Positions 1 to 9,384 of a DNA stretch of 64,000 nt are shown here, piece after piece. The stretch comes from a virus. The stretch lies in the IMG/VR virus record IMGVR_UViG_3300020469_000010; one strand, written 5' to 3'. The notes beneath the pieces were generated by a model. That model made no database searches. It saw only the letters and a program-made list of their open reading frames with translations, and had not been told where the DNA came from. The position numbers and the translations under genes are program-made. Position 1 is the stretch's first letter. The number at the start of each line of letters is the position of its first letter.

Positions 1-1
1 A

Positions 2-268
2 CCATCAAAAGGTGTTGAAACTGAAGCAGTATTCAATGATATAGGTCAGTTGGTGAATATAAATATACAGAACCCTGGAGGATCTTTCTTCGGAATTCCA
101 AGAATTTTTGTAAAATCTCAAACAGGTGTTAATGCTAATATTATTCCGATATTTGGTATTAGACCAGAGAATGAAAATCCAGATGAAAGAGTTATTCAAG
201 TCATTGGTGATAGAATTATCAGTGTTATTGACTGCGTAGGAACATTACCTAGACCTTTACAGAGATAA
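2..268 (+). CDS. 3' end of a structural gene starting upstream of the window (possibly gp5-like baseplate hub)
   Basis: Frame is open from base 2 to the stop at 268. C-terminus ...IISVIDCVG precedes baseplate-associated genes. The gp5 identity is inferred from context only. Confidence 0.45.
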   Translation, partial: PSKGVETEAVFNDIGQLVNINIQNPGGSFFGIPRIFVKSQTGVNANIIPIFGIRPENENPDERVIQVIGDRIISVIDCVGTLPRPLQR

Positions 269-271
269 TTT

Positions 272-856
272 ATGGCCGAGTTGGAACACGTTCAATATGT
301 AAAAAGTCATCCGTTTGGCAATCTTGAAATGGGTCAAGAATGTCTTGATGGTGTCATCACAGGCATAGGATTACAAGGAAGAAATTCAATTCATTACATA
401 CACTTGGATGCAACAGGTGTCCGTGAAGGATGGACTTTAATGAGAAATCCTGGTGTTTTTGAGATTAAATGTGGAGATACGGTTAATCCACAATCTACTG
501 CAATTGATATTGAAGCATTAAATGGTGATATTAGATTAACTGCATCTAATGGCAGAATTATCCTGAGTGCCAAAGATATTGACATTATGGCAAATGGGGA
601 GGATAATACTAGAGGTCATATCAAGATAGAGGCAAATCAAGATATAAAGTGTAAAGCAAGTGGGTCTTTTGATTTAATTGCAGATACTGGATATCGATTA
701 TATACTCCACATGTTGGTAAAATTATTGCCAATACCGAATTATTCATGGTATCAAATTTTATAAAAGGTTTAACGGTAGCATCTTCATCTTTGATAGGAA
801 AAACTGATCCAATGACCACTGTACAATTCATGTCTTTTTCAAATTACGTTTCTTAA
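272..856 (+). CDS. putative baseplate/spike-associated protein (gp5 C-terminal-like beta repeats)
   Basis: 194 aa with short repeated beta strands (IDIEALNGDIRLTASNGRIILSAKDIDIMA); structural context. Confidence 0.55.
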   Translation: MAELEHVQYVKSHPFGNLEMGQECLDGVITGIGLQGRNSIHYIHLDATGVREGWTLMRNPGVFEIKCGDTVNPQSTAIDIEALNGDIRLTASNGRIILSAKDIDIMANGEDNTRGHIKIEANQDIKCKASGSFDLIADTGYRLYTPHVGKIIANTELFMVSNFIKGLTVASSSLIGKTDPMTTVQFMSFSNYVS

Positions 857-858
857 TT

Positions 859-1635
859 ATGTCACTTTCATTCGATGATTTAACAATTCAACATCAACTT
901 TGGGTTGGTGCTGGTGTAATGCCAGTATTTGGTCTTGGTCCTGCAAAAGTTCGTGGTGCTGTTTACATTGAAGGTCCAGAGATGGTTGGAGCTCCACACC
1001 CATTCGTAACTGGATGTGTAATGATCGGACCTCTAATAAATACCGATTCTCCAACACCATTTATTCCTGGTGGATTTTGTTATGGTGCTCCTAGTAATCC
1101 ATTCTCATTATCAGTAGCTGGTAGTACGGCAATAATGGGTAGCTTAGAAACTGCTGGGGATGTTACTGTCGGAGGTAATTTAAAGGTTCAGGGTCTAGTT
1201 CTTGGTAGTTGTGGTGGTCATTTACTACAAATTAAAAAGAATTTTGATATTCCACACCCATCAAAAGAAGGTTGGAGACTCAGACATACTTGTCCTGAGG
1301 GACCATCTAATGATGTATACATCAGAGGCAGAGTAACGGGTAAAAGAGCAATTAATCTACCATCTTATTGGAAAGATTTTGTTGATGTTAGAACAATTAC
1401 GGTTAACTTGACTCCCGTTGGAGCATATCAACGTGTTATAATAAAGAGGATTGATGAAGACAAAATATATCTCCAGTCACAAGGAGATATGCCAATAGAT
1501 TGTTTTTATCACATCTTTGCCGAAAGGAAAGATGGTGAAAAATTAATACCAGAATATCCCGGAGAATCTCCAGAAGATTATCCAGGTGATAACAGTGGGT
1601 ATTCAATTGCTGGTTATAATTATGATGTTCGTTAA
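859..1635 (+). CDS. conserved cyanophage structural-region protein with FDIxHP..LRHxCxEGP domain
   Basis: 258 aa; C-terminal half is paralogous to 1646..2305. Confidence 0.7.
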   Translation: MSLSFDDLTIQHQLWVGAGVMPVFGLGPAKVRGAVYIEGPEMVGAPHPFVTGCVMIGPLINTDSPTPFIPGGFCYGAPSNPFSLSVAGSTAIMGSLETAGDVTVGGNLKVQGLVLGSCGGHLLQIKKNFDIPHPSKEGWRLRHTCPEGPSNDVYIRGRVTGKRAINLPSYWKDFVDVRTITVNLTPVGAYQRVIIKRIDEDKIYLQSQGDMPIDCFYHIFAERKDGEKLIPEYPGESPEDYPGDNSGYSIAGYNYDVR

Positions 1636-1645
1636 GGAGAATTAA

Positions 1646-2305
1646 ATGTCAGTAGATGAATCGCAATTAAAATTTGTACCGGGTAATCACGATAGTAAAA
1701 ACTGTGATGGTGCAATAACAGGAGTAAAACATCCTAGTTATGATTATATTCGGAGATCTCACTCCGGAGATGATGATGAGTATGAAGAGTTTAATGATTG
1801 TCCATTATATTTGCAAGTAAATGGAAAGTTTGACAATCTTCAGGTCACTAACAGAGTTACTGCTCCAACTTTTAGGGGAAGTATTAATGTTCAGTCTTGG
1901 AAAGGATTTGATATTAAGCATCCTAATAAAGATAATCATCGTCTTAGACATATCTGTTTAGAAGGTCCAGAGGCAGGTGTATATGTTCGTGGAAGACTTA
2001 CTGATCAAAATTCAATTACTCTTCCAGAATATTGGAAGGGTTTGATTGATCCAGAATCAATCACAGTAACTTTGACTCAAATTGGATCTTCTCAAGATTT
2101 AATTGTAGATAGTATTGAATGGGGATCAGTAATTAAAATTAAGTCTGGAAATGCTTCTAGAATTGATTGCTACTATGTAATACAAGCTTCTAGAATTGAT
2201 GGTGAACCTTTAATCGTTGAATATGAAGGTGAAACACCAGAAGAATATCCAGGCAGCAAAGACCAATTTTCTATTTCAGGTTTTGATTATGGGAGGAATA
2301 ACTAA
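1646..2305 (+). CDS. paralogue of 859..1635 (FDIKHP..LRHICLEGPEAGVYVRG)
   Basis: 219 aa; AGGAG RBS at 1636; motif shared with the upstream gene. Confidence 0.7.
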   Translation: MSVDESQLKFVPGNHDSKNCDGAITGVKHPSYDYIRRSHSGDDDEYEEFNDCPLYLQVNGKFDNLQVTNRVTAPTFRGSINVQSWKGFDIKHPNKDNHRLRHICLEGPEAGVYVRGRLTDQNSITLPEYWKGLIDPESITVTLTQIGSSQDLIVDSIEWGSVIKIKSGNASRIDCYYVIQASRIDGEPLIVEYEGETPEEYPGSKDQFSISGFDYGRNN

Positions 2306-2733
2306 TGGCAGGAACAACTAACAGTTATAGAGTTTTTATTGACAATTCTGCACTTGTAGGTCAAGAAACTATTGCTGGTATCCAAACTCAGGGTTTTGAG
2401 TATGGTATTTATGTCAGTAATGATCTCGAAACTAATGATGTAGATGCATCCGCTATAACTGCGAATAGTGTTAGTGCTAACACTTTGAGTGGTAATTTAA
2501 CTGCTACTAATGTTAGTACAAATAATTTAAGTGTATCTGGAAATATTACTGGTAATTTAAATTTAAATGGAAATGTAACAGGTTCATTTTCTGGATCTGT
2601 TCGTGCAACTGGTGCCGCACCTAATTCAAGTACATCATCTGGCACAACTGGAGATATTAGGGTATCCAGTGGGTTCATCTATGTTTGTGTTGCTCCCAAT
2701 ACCTGGGAGAGAGCAGAGTTGACTACCTTCTAA
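2305..2733 (+). CDS. small fibre-like structural protein
   Basis: N/S/T/G-rich beta repeats; C-terminal GTTGDIRVSSGFIYVCVAPNTW motif typical of phage fibre proteins. Confidence 0.6.
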   Translation: MAGTTNSYRVFIDNSALVGQETIAGIQTQGFEYGIYVSNDLETNDVDASAITANSVSANTLSGNLTATNVSTNNLSVSGNITGNLNLNGNVTGSFSGSVRATGAAPNSSTSSGTTGDIRVSSGFIYVCVAPNTWERAELTTF

Positions 2734-2737
2734 AGGC

Positions 2738-2766
2738 TTGACAAGGAGACCCGATTGCCCTATAAT
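2738..2766 (+). promoter_or_regulatory. consensus sigma70-type promoter
   Basis: TTGACA-17 nt-TATAAT, perfect match. Confidence 0.85.
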
Positions 2767-2790
2767 ACATGGGTACAACGGGTCAGACCC

Positions 2791-2979
2791 ATGGAAGACT
2801 ATCTAGACAGTGTGCTCATCGACATGAATCAAAGACAGTTCAAACTGTTCTCAACCTCAGGTGATGAAAAAGTTGTTCCTTGCGAAACTGTTGAGCAGTT
2901 TATGTCTGTTCTAAATGTCGTTCGTGATCAAGTAGACGAAGAAAATATCTTTTATGTTGACTCATTTGTAAATGTATGA
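2791..2979 (+). CDS. hypothetical protein
   Basis: ATG 2791 lies downstream of the promoter (the track start at 2755 is inside it); stop overlaps the next ATG. Confidence 0.7.
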   Translation: MEDYLDSVLIDMNQRQFKLFSTSGDEKVVPCETVEQFMSVLNVVRDQVDEENIFYVDSFVNV

Positions 2980-3428
2980 TCGATGATTTCATTGTAAAAC
3001 TGAAAGGTAAATACAATAATTGGTTGCAAGCAGCATCTAGTCCTAGAGACTATTCGCATGTACACATTATTTGGGACCAAATTGGTGACAATGAACTCAC
3101 AATCAAACAATGGTATGATCATGAAGGTGAATCAAACCCATATAGAACAAGATGGCACAAAATTTTGGAAAACCAAAATTCCATAATTGTTGAAAATTGG
3201 GAAGAAAACTGGAAAGAACACCATAACCAATACGATATGATGTTTACATTAAATAATAACTTTTATAAAGGAAAACTAATCCATGAGAATCCAACTGTGA
3301 GAGAAAATACAATATTAAAAAGTTTTGTTGAATTCAACGGAGATAAGTATCGAAGTAGAGATCAAGGATGGAGAGGTAATGAACTTATATGGGGTTCAAT
3401 GCTAATATATGAACTCCAAAAAGAGTAA
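2976..3428 (+). CDS. cpeT: CpeT/CpcT-family phycobiliprotein lyase
   Basis: GKYNNWLQA..P, QWYD....PYRTR and SRDQGW..LIWGS motifs match phage T-type lyases. Confidence 0.8.
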   Translation: MIDDFIVKLKGKYNNWLQAASSPRDYSHVHIIWDQIGDNELTIKQWYDHEGESNPYRTRWHKILENQNSIIVENWEENWKEHHNQYDMMFTLNNNFYKGKLIHENPTVRENTILKSFVEFNGDKYRSRDQGWRGNELIWGSMLIYELQKE

Positions 3429-3441
3429 AGTTAAACCTCTT

Positions 3442-3529
3442 GCGAGTGAGACTTGGTAGTCAGAGAGGATTTATAATCCTTTTCCGCCAGATTAGCGGCT
3501 TTGAGGTGGTTCAAATCCACCCACTCGTA
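3442..3529 (+). tRNA. tRNA-Ile(UAU)-like gene, atypical (short D-arm, long variable arm)
   Basis: Acceptor GCGAGTG/CACTCGT+A; anticodon arm GAGGA-TTTATAA-TCCTT; T-arm GGTGG-TTCAAAT-CCACC; variable stem CCGC/GCGG. Confidence 0.75.
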
Positions 3530-3530
3530 T

Positions 3531-3672
3531 TCGACAGGGAATGAGCTCGCCTGCGACGGTGTTAACCACACTGTGATCTAGAGAGTTGGTTACTTTCTTC
3601 TTGCTCCATTACAAACTGTTAGTATACTGGGTGTTGTGAATGCCCATATAGCATACTGATAAGTGTGATGTT
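3531..3672 (+). ncRNA. structured RNA between two tRNAs, possibly the manA RNA motif
   Basis: Nested stems TAACCA/TGGTTA, CATTACA/TGTGATG, TAGTAT/ATACTG, TGGGT/GCCCA; no credible ORF. The manA motif is known next to tRNAs in cyanophages (family assignment from recall). Confidence 0.55.
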
Positions 3673-3674
3673 AA

Positions 3675-3748
3675 GCCCGTGTAATCCAATTGGCAGAGAT
3701 AGTTGACTTAAAATCAATACAGTGTCGGTTCGAGTCCGACCACGGGTA
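3675..3748 (+). tRNA. tRNA-Leu(UAA), short variable loop
   Basis: GCCCGTG/CACGGGT+A; anticodon arm GTTGA-CTTAAAA-TCAAT; T-arm GTCGG-TTCGAGT-CCGAC; no encoded CCA. Confidence 0.9.
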
Positions 3749-3803
3749 TTCTGCTAGAAATGGTTGACTAAATAGACCTATAGGAATTTAACGCGTTAAT
3801 ACA

Positions 3804-6800
3804 ATGGGTCTTAGTCGTCTGGATAATTTTCTAAAGAGTTCAAAAGGTGAGATTCTATATGTAGATCCTTCTGCATTAGATTCTACTGACAGTATCGAAA
3901 ACAAAGGTAACTCTTTAGCAAGACCGTTTAAAACAATTCAAAGAGCACTGATTGAAGCCGCACGGTTTTCATATCAGTCTGGTCCCAACAATGATAGATT
4001 TGGTAGAACTACCATTTTACTCTATCCTGGTGAGCATATAGTAGATAATAGACCGGGATGGATACCAATTCACGACCAAATAGCAAATACATACAGACTT
4101 AGATCTGGAACTACTTCTGATGACTTCCCACCTTTTGACATCAATAGTAACTTTGATTTAGACAGTGATAATAACGCATTATATAAACTCAATAGTATTA
4201 ATGGTGGTGTTATCATCCCCAGAGGTACATCATTAGTTGGTCTTGACCTTAGAAAGACCAAGATTATTCCCAAGTATGTACCTGATCCAGAAAATGATCA
4301 GATTGAAAGATCTGCAATCTTCCGTGTAACTGGTGCATGTTACATGTGGCAGTTCTCCATCTTTGATGGTGATCAGACTGGCACTGTATATAAAGATTAT
4401 ACAACTAACTCATTCGTTCCTAACTTCTCACACCATAAACTAACAGTATTTGAATATGCTGATGGTGTAAATCCTGTATCTATTAATGATGACTTCTTAA
4501 TCTATGAAGATGAAGATACCGACCTTAAGATGTATTATCAAAAGGTTGGTTTTGCGTATGGAACACCTTCTGGTAGAGATGTATCCCCAGATTATCCTCT
4601 AGACAATTTAGATATTGAACCAAAGATTGATGAATTTAGAATTGTTGGTTCTACTGGTTCTGAAGTAGGTATTACAAGTATTAAAGCAGGTGATGGTTTA
4701 CTTACATCCACAGTTATTACTGTAGATCTAGTAGAACCTACAGTAGGATTAGATGTAGATACACCGATTCGTATTGAAGGCATTGCAGATGCTGGATATG
4801 ATGGAAAGTTTGCTATTTTTGAATCTATTAGTCCAACACAAATTAAATATCAAGTTTCTTCACCTCCAATAAATCCATTACCAGCAACAACTTCTGGTGC
4901 AACACTTAGTGTTTCTGTTGATACTGTTACATCTGCATCACCATATATCTTCAATATCTCTCTGAGATCAGTATTTGGTATGTGTGGTCTTCACGCTGAT
5001 GGTAGCAAGGCAGATGGATTTAAATCCATGGTTCTAGCTCAATATACTGGTATTGGTCTTCAGAAAGATGATAATGCTTTTGTTAAGTATAATCCATCAA
5101 ATGGATTGTATGAAAATCGTCTTGCTGCAGGAAATGAAAATATTCATACCGATAGTTTAGCACGATATAAACCCGAGTATGAAAACTTCCATATCAAGGC
5201 AAGTAATAATGCACTATTGCAAGTCGTTTCCGTCTTCGCAATTGGTTTTGCAAATCACTTCCTATTAGAGTCTGGTGGTGATGCATCTATTACTAACTCT
5301 AACTCAAACTTTGGAGCTAGATCTCTTGTTTCAAAAGGATTTAGACCAGATGCTTTTGATAGAGATGACTTAGGTTATATTTCTCATATTGTTACACCAA
5401 AAGAAATTGAGTCTACAGAAGGTGGAATCGAATTCTTAGGAATTGATGTTGGTGTATCTACTGCTGTAGGTATTGCAACAACTAGTAAATTGTTCTTATA
5501 TGCTGAAACTAACCAAGATAATCCACCAGCAACAGTTATTGATGGATTTAGAATTGGTGCAAGAGAAGATGAATCTTTGAAAGTTCTTCTTTCTGAAGGA
5601 AATGAAATTGTTACATATGAATCTAAAGTCGTAATGCCAAATACTGAAGGTACTTCAAATGAAGTATCTAAAGAGAAACGGCATAGAATTGCAAAAGTTA
5701 ATAATATAAATTCAATCTCATCAAATACAATTACTTTTGAAACTCCTCATTCATTCTTAAATGGTGAAAGTGTTAGAATTTTTAGTGAAGATGGAAGTCT
5801 TCCAGATGGAGTAGAATCTAATACAGTATATTTTGCAATTACTAATTCTATTTCACCAAATCCGGTACTAAACTCATCTGAAATTAAATTAGCAACAACA
5901 ATTAATGATGCTAATAATGATATTCCTATTACAATTAATAATGCAGGTGGAACTTTAACTGTTGTCAGTAGAGTATCTGATAAATCTGCTGGAGATTTAG
6001 GACACCCTGTTCAGTATGATGAAACTCAAGGTCAATGGTATATAAATGTCTCTACTGGAGGAACTGAGACAAGTATCTACAAGCAACTATTTGATAGAGG
6101 TGTTGCTCAACTTGGTGATGTGACACCAAGAACATTTGTATTGAGAAAACCCAGAGATAGATCTATTGAAGATAGTACATATAAGTTTAGATATATTCTT
6201 CCAAAAGATTCAACAATTTTTGCAAGACCTCCAGTTGATGGATTTGTATTCCAAGAATCAAATACTATTGATGGAGCAACTAATGAAGAAGTACAAAAGT
6301 TCTTAAGTTTTGATAGTCAAACACTTAACAACTCTACAGAATTTAGAAACTTCAAGTTTATTGCAAATGCCGAGTGGGATGCTGCAACTGCAAAAGCAAC
6401 ATATAGAACAGAACTTCCTCACAATTTAACTGAGGGAGCTCATGTAGAAATTTCTAATATTATTAGTGGACTCAATACTACTGGTCTTGCAAAGAAAGGT
6501 TTTAATGGTGAATTCTTCGTTGATTCTGTAGATAACAGAAAAGAATTTAAAATTTCTATATCAGTAGATCCTGGTGAATTTACAAGTGACACTACTGTTC
6601 GTGATAAAAATCTACCTAAGATCAAAAAGAAAAAACATAAAGGAACATACTTCTCATATAAATCTGAAGAAATTCGTCCATATATTCAGAATGAGCAGGA
6701 TGGAGTGTATCATGTAACGGTACTTAATTCATCAAATAATCCAACAGTATCACCATTTACTAATTTTAAACTACCTCAACCTGTTGGTAATCTTTATCCA

Positions 6801-9371
6801 GAATATGATAGAGATAACCCACTTTCAGATCCAGCAGAAGCAAGATCACATGCAACTAGAGATCTAATCGGAAGGGTTGTTGTTAACGATCCTGAGAAGA
6901 GTATCACTAAAGAAACTGTTGTTGCAAGTCTTCCTGACATCGGTATTGGTTTTGGTATAACTGATATTAAGTCTGACCAAGCAACTGATGCAACAACTCA
7001 TACCATCTTTACTGATAATGATCATGGTATGAATAGGTTGATTGAAGTTGAAGTTTTAGAGGGTGGAGAACAATATGGATCTGGAGCTGGCACCACAGAA
7101 TCACTCTTCAATGCACAATTAGTTGGTTTTGCTGGATCAGTTTCTGGATCTCATGCTACTGCAAGAGTAAGAGTTTCTACTGCAGGAACTTTATCTGAGG
7201 TTAAAATTATTGATGGTGGTAGTGCATATGGAGTTGGAAATACATTATCAGTCATTGGTATTAAGACATCTGGAGTAACTGGATTTGTTCCTGGACTTGT
7301 AAGAGTTACTAAAGTATATGATAATGTAGGAGACTCTATTTCAATTTTTGGTATCCCTGATTCAAATTCAGATTACAATACATCATACAAAATTTCCAGT
7401 GTAGGTGTTGGAGAAACTAGTAGTTTCAATGTTACTTCTGCAACTGCTGTAGGTATTGGTTCTACTCAGGGTGGTATTGGTGCAAATAATACTACTATTG
7501 CACATGGTATTTTAAATGGACAATCTTTCTCTGTTCTTTCTGCAGATTATACCTTCACTACAGGAATTGCTACATTTATTGTAGATAAACCTCATGGATT
7601 GCAAGTAAATGATAAATTCATCTTTGGTGGTGCAACTGGTGTAAGTACTGCTTTCAATGGTGAACATTTAATCACACAAATAGATACTTCAAACCTTGAT
7701 AGACTCACTGCAAGTATCGGAATAGGTACGACAACACTTCTTATTGGAGGATCTCCAGCAATATATCCTAAAGCAATTACATCAAAAGGTGGTGAAATTT
7801 CTATTGAGGATGAAAATATAAGTGCTAGAAATTCTTACTATTATGGAAATGTAACTGCGGTGCTGGCATCTCCGATGTCAAAAGTTGATACTACATTAGA
7901 AATTACAGATTTAGATAATTATGATTTAGAAATTGGTGATTTCCTATTAATTGGAAATGAAATTGTTAGGATAAAAAATTCAGTAACTGGAAATCCAATT
8001 ACTGTGTTTAGAGGAGTATTGGGAACGGAATCTAAGGCACATAATACCGGTATTGTTGTAAGAAGAATTATTGCAAAACCAGTTGAACTTAGAAGACATT
8101 CAATCATCCGTGCTTCTGGACATACATTTGAATATCTTGGATATGGTCCTGGTAACTATTCTACTGCATTCCCAGATAGACAAGATAGAGAATTGTCTGC
8201 TGAAGAAGAAGTCCTATCACAATCATTCTCAGATGAAGGTGGATTTATTGTTTACACTGGAATGAATAGTGATGGTGATTTCTATGTCTCTAACAAGAGA
8301 GTTATCACTACTGCAAATGATGAAGAAACATTCAATACACCACAGCAGAGATTTAGAGGAGAAACTAAAAAAGTTCCAAAGACAAAACTTGGATTCAATG
8401 TTATTTCTGCGGCGGAAGTTAATGTTACTGATGCTGTAAGAGTTGAGGGTGGTGATAGTAAGACAACTGTTTCTTATTTTGATGGTCCACTAATTGTTAA
8501 CAATAAACTTACAATTACTTCAAATAAAGGAGTAGAAACAACAGACATATTCTTACAAGGTAAGGAAACTGTATCAAGGAAATATACTGTTGGTATATCA
8601 GATCCACCATCCTCAGTTGAACTTACTGATGCCAACGCAGGAAATCCTGGTGACATTATCTTTAATGGTAATCCATTCAAAGGACAAAATGCTGGTTGGA
8701 TTTACACAACTGATAATGATTGGTATCCTTGGGGAATTATTTCAACAGATCATGATAAATTTACGATTGAAGGTAACTTCTTTGGAACATTTACTGGTGA
8801 TGGTCAAGGTCTAATCAATGTATCTGACATTTGGGCAATTGATGCAACAGGTATTCATACTACTCGTAATGTAGGTTTTGGATCTACAACCAGTTCCAAA
8901 CCAGATGTTGCGATGTATGTTCAGGGTAATGCGGAAATCCGTGGAACCATGAAGGTATTTGAGATTATTGAAAATACAACTCTCGATAATGTAACTGTTA
9001 TTGGTTCTGGTGTAACAAACCTTGAATTAGATCTCGATAGATCTTCAATCTATTACTTTACACAAGATGCTGGTGCAAACTGGGCAGTTAATCTTAGAGC
9101 AAATGTTGGTCTTGCACTAACTGATTTCCTTGATCTTGGTGAGTCTATTACAGTTGCTGTCACTACAAAACAAGGTCCAAGTCCATATTACAATGCTGAA
9201 GTTTATATTGACAATACTTTAGTTTCACCAAGATACTATGGATCACTTACGATAAATAGTGGCAATGCTAATAGTTTAGATCTGTACACATATGTTGTTG
9301 TAAGAAAGAACAACACAGGTAGTCCAGTTGCTGACTTTGATGTTCTATATTCACAATCTCAATATCAATAA
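3804..9371 (+). CDS. large virion structural protein (1855 aa)
   Basis: N-terminus MGLSRLDNFLKS..ILYVDP..GNSLARPFKTIQRALIEAARFSY typical of cyanomyovirus virion proteins; ACTAAATA late-promoter-like motif upstream. Confidence 0.8.
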   Translation: MGLSRLDNFLKSSKGEILYVDPSALDSTDSIENKGNSLARPFKTIQRALIEAARFSYQSGPNNDRFGRTTILLYPGEHIVDNRPGWIPIHDQIANTYRLRSGTTSDDFPPFDINSNFDLDSDNNALYKLNSINGGVIIPRGTSLVGLDLRKTKIIPKYVPDPENDQIERSAIFRVTGACYMWQFSIFDGDQTGTVYKDYTTNSFVPNFSHHKLTVFEYADGVNPVSINDDFLIYEDEDTDLKMYYQKVGFAYGTPSGRDVSPDYPLDNLDIEPKIDEFRIVGSTGSEVGITSIKAGDGLLTSTVITVDLVEPTVGLDVDTPIRIEGIADAGYDGKFAIFESISPTQIKYQVSSPPINPLPATTSGATLSVSVDTVTSASPYIFNISLRSVFGMCGLHADGSKADGFKSMVLAQYTGIGLQKDDNAFVKYNPSNGLYENRLAAGNENIHTDSLARYKPEYENFHIKASNNALLQVVSVFAIGFANHFLLESGGDASITNSNSNFGARSLVSKGFRPDAFDRDDLGYISHIVTPKEIESTEGGIEFLGIDVGVSTAVGIATTSKLFLYAETNQDNPPATVIDGFRIGAREDESLKVLLSEGNEIVTYESKVVMPNTEGTSNEVSKEKRHRIAKVNNINSISSNTITFETPHSFLNGESVRIFSEDGSLPDGVESNTVYFAITNSISPNPVLNSSEIKLATTINDANNDIPITINNAGGTLTVVSRVSDKSAGDLGHPVQYDETQGQWYINVSTGGTETSIYKQLFDRGVAQLGDVTPRTFVLRKPRDRSIEDSTYKFRYILPKDSTIFARPPVDGFVFQESNTIDGATNEEVQKFLSFDSQTLNNSTEFRNFKFIANAEWDAATAKATYRTELPHNLTEGAHVEISNIISGLNTTGLAKKGFNGEFFVDSVDNRKEFKISISVDPGEFTSDTTVRDKNLPKIKKKKHKGTYFSYKSEEIRPYIQNEQDGVYHVTVLNSSNNPTVSPFTNFKLPQPVGNLYPEYDRDNPLSDPAEARSHATRDLIGRVVVNDPEKSITKETVVASLPDIGIGFGITDIKSDQATDATTHTIFTDNDHGMNRLIEVEVLEGGEQYGSGAGTTESLFNAQLVGFAGSVSGSHATARVRVSTAGTLSEVKIIDGGSAYGVGNTLSVIGIKTSGVTGFVPGLVRVTKVYDNVGDSISIFGIPDSNSDYNTSYKISSVGVGETSSFNVTSATAVGIGSTQGGIGANNTTIAHGILNGQSFSVLSADYTFTTGIATFIVDKPHGLQVNDKFIFGGATGVSTAFNGEHLITQIDTSNLDRLTASIGIGTTTLLIGGSPAIYPKAITSKGGEISIEDENISARNSYYYGNVTAVLASPMSKVDTTLEITDLDNYDLEIGDFLLIGNEIVRIKNSVTGNPITVFRGVLGTESKAHNTGIVVRRIIAKPVELRRHSIIRASGHTFEYLGYGPGNYSTAFPDRQDRELSAEEEVLSQSFSDEGGFIVYTGMNSDGDFYVSNKRVITTANDEETFNTPQQRFRGETKKVPKTKLGFNVISAAEVNVTDAVRVEGGDSKTTVSYFDGPLIVNNKLTITSNKGVETTDIFLQGKETVSRKYTVGISDPPSSVELTDANAGNPGDIIFNGNPFKGQNAGWIYTTDNDWYPWGIISTDHDKFTIEGNFFGTFTGDGQGLINVSDIWAIDATGIHTTRNVGFGSTTSSKPDVAMYVQGNAEIRGTMKVFEIIENTTLDNVTVIGSGVTNLELDLDRSSIYYFTQDAGANWAVNLRANVGLALTDFLDLGESITVAVTTKQGPSPYYNAEVYIDNTLVSPRYYGSLTINSGNANSLDLYTYVVVRKNNTGSPVADFDVLYSQSQYQ

Positions 9372-9384
9372 GGAGTTGTAAAAT

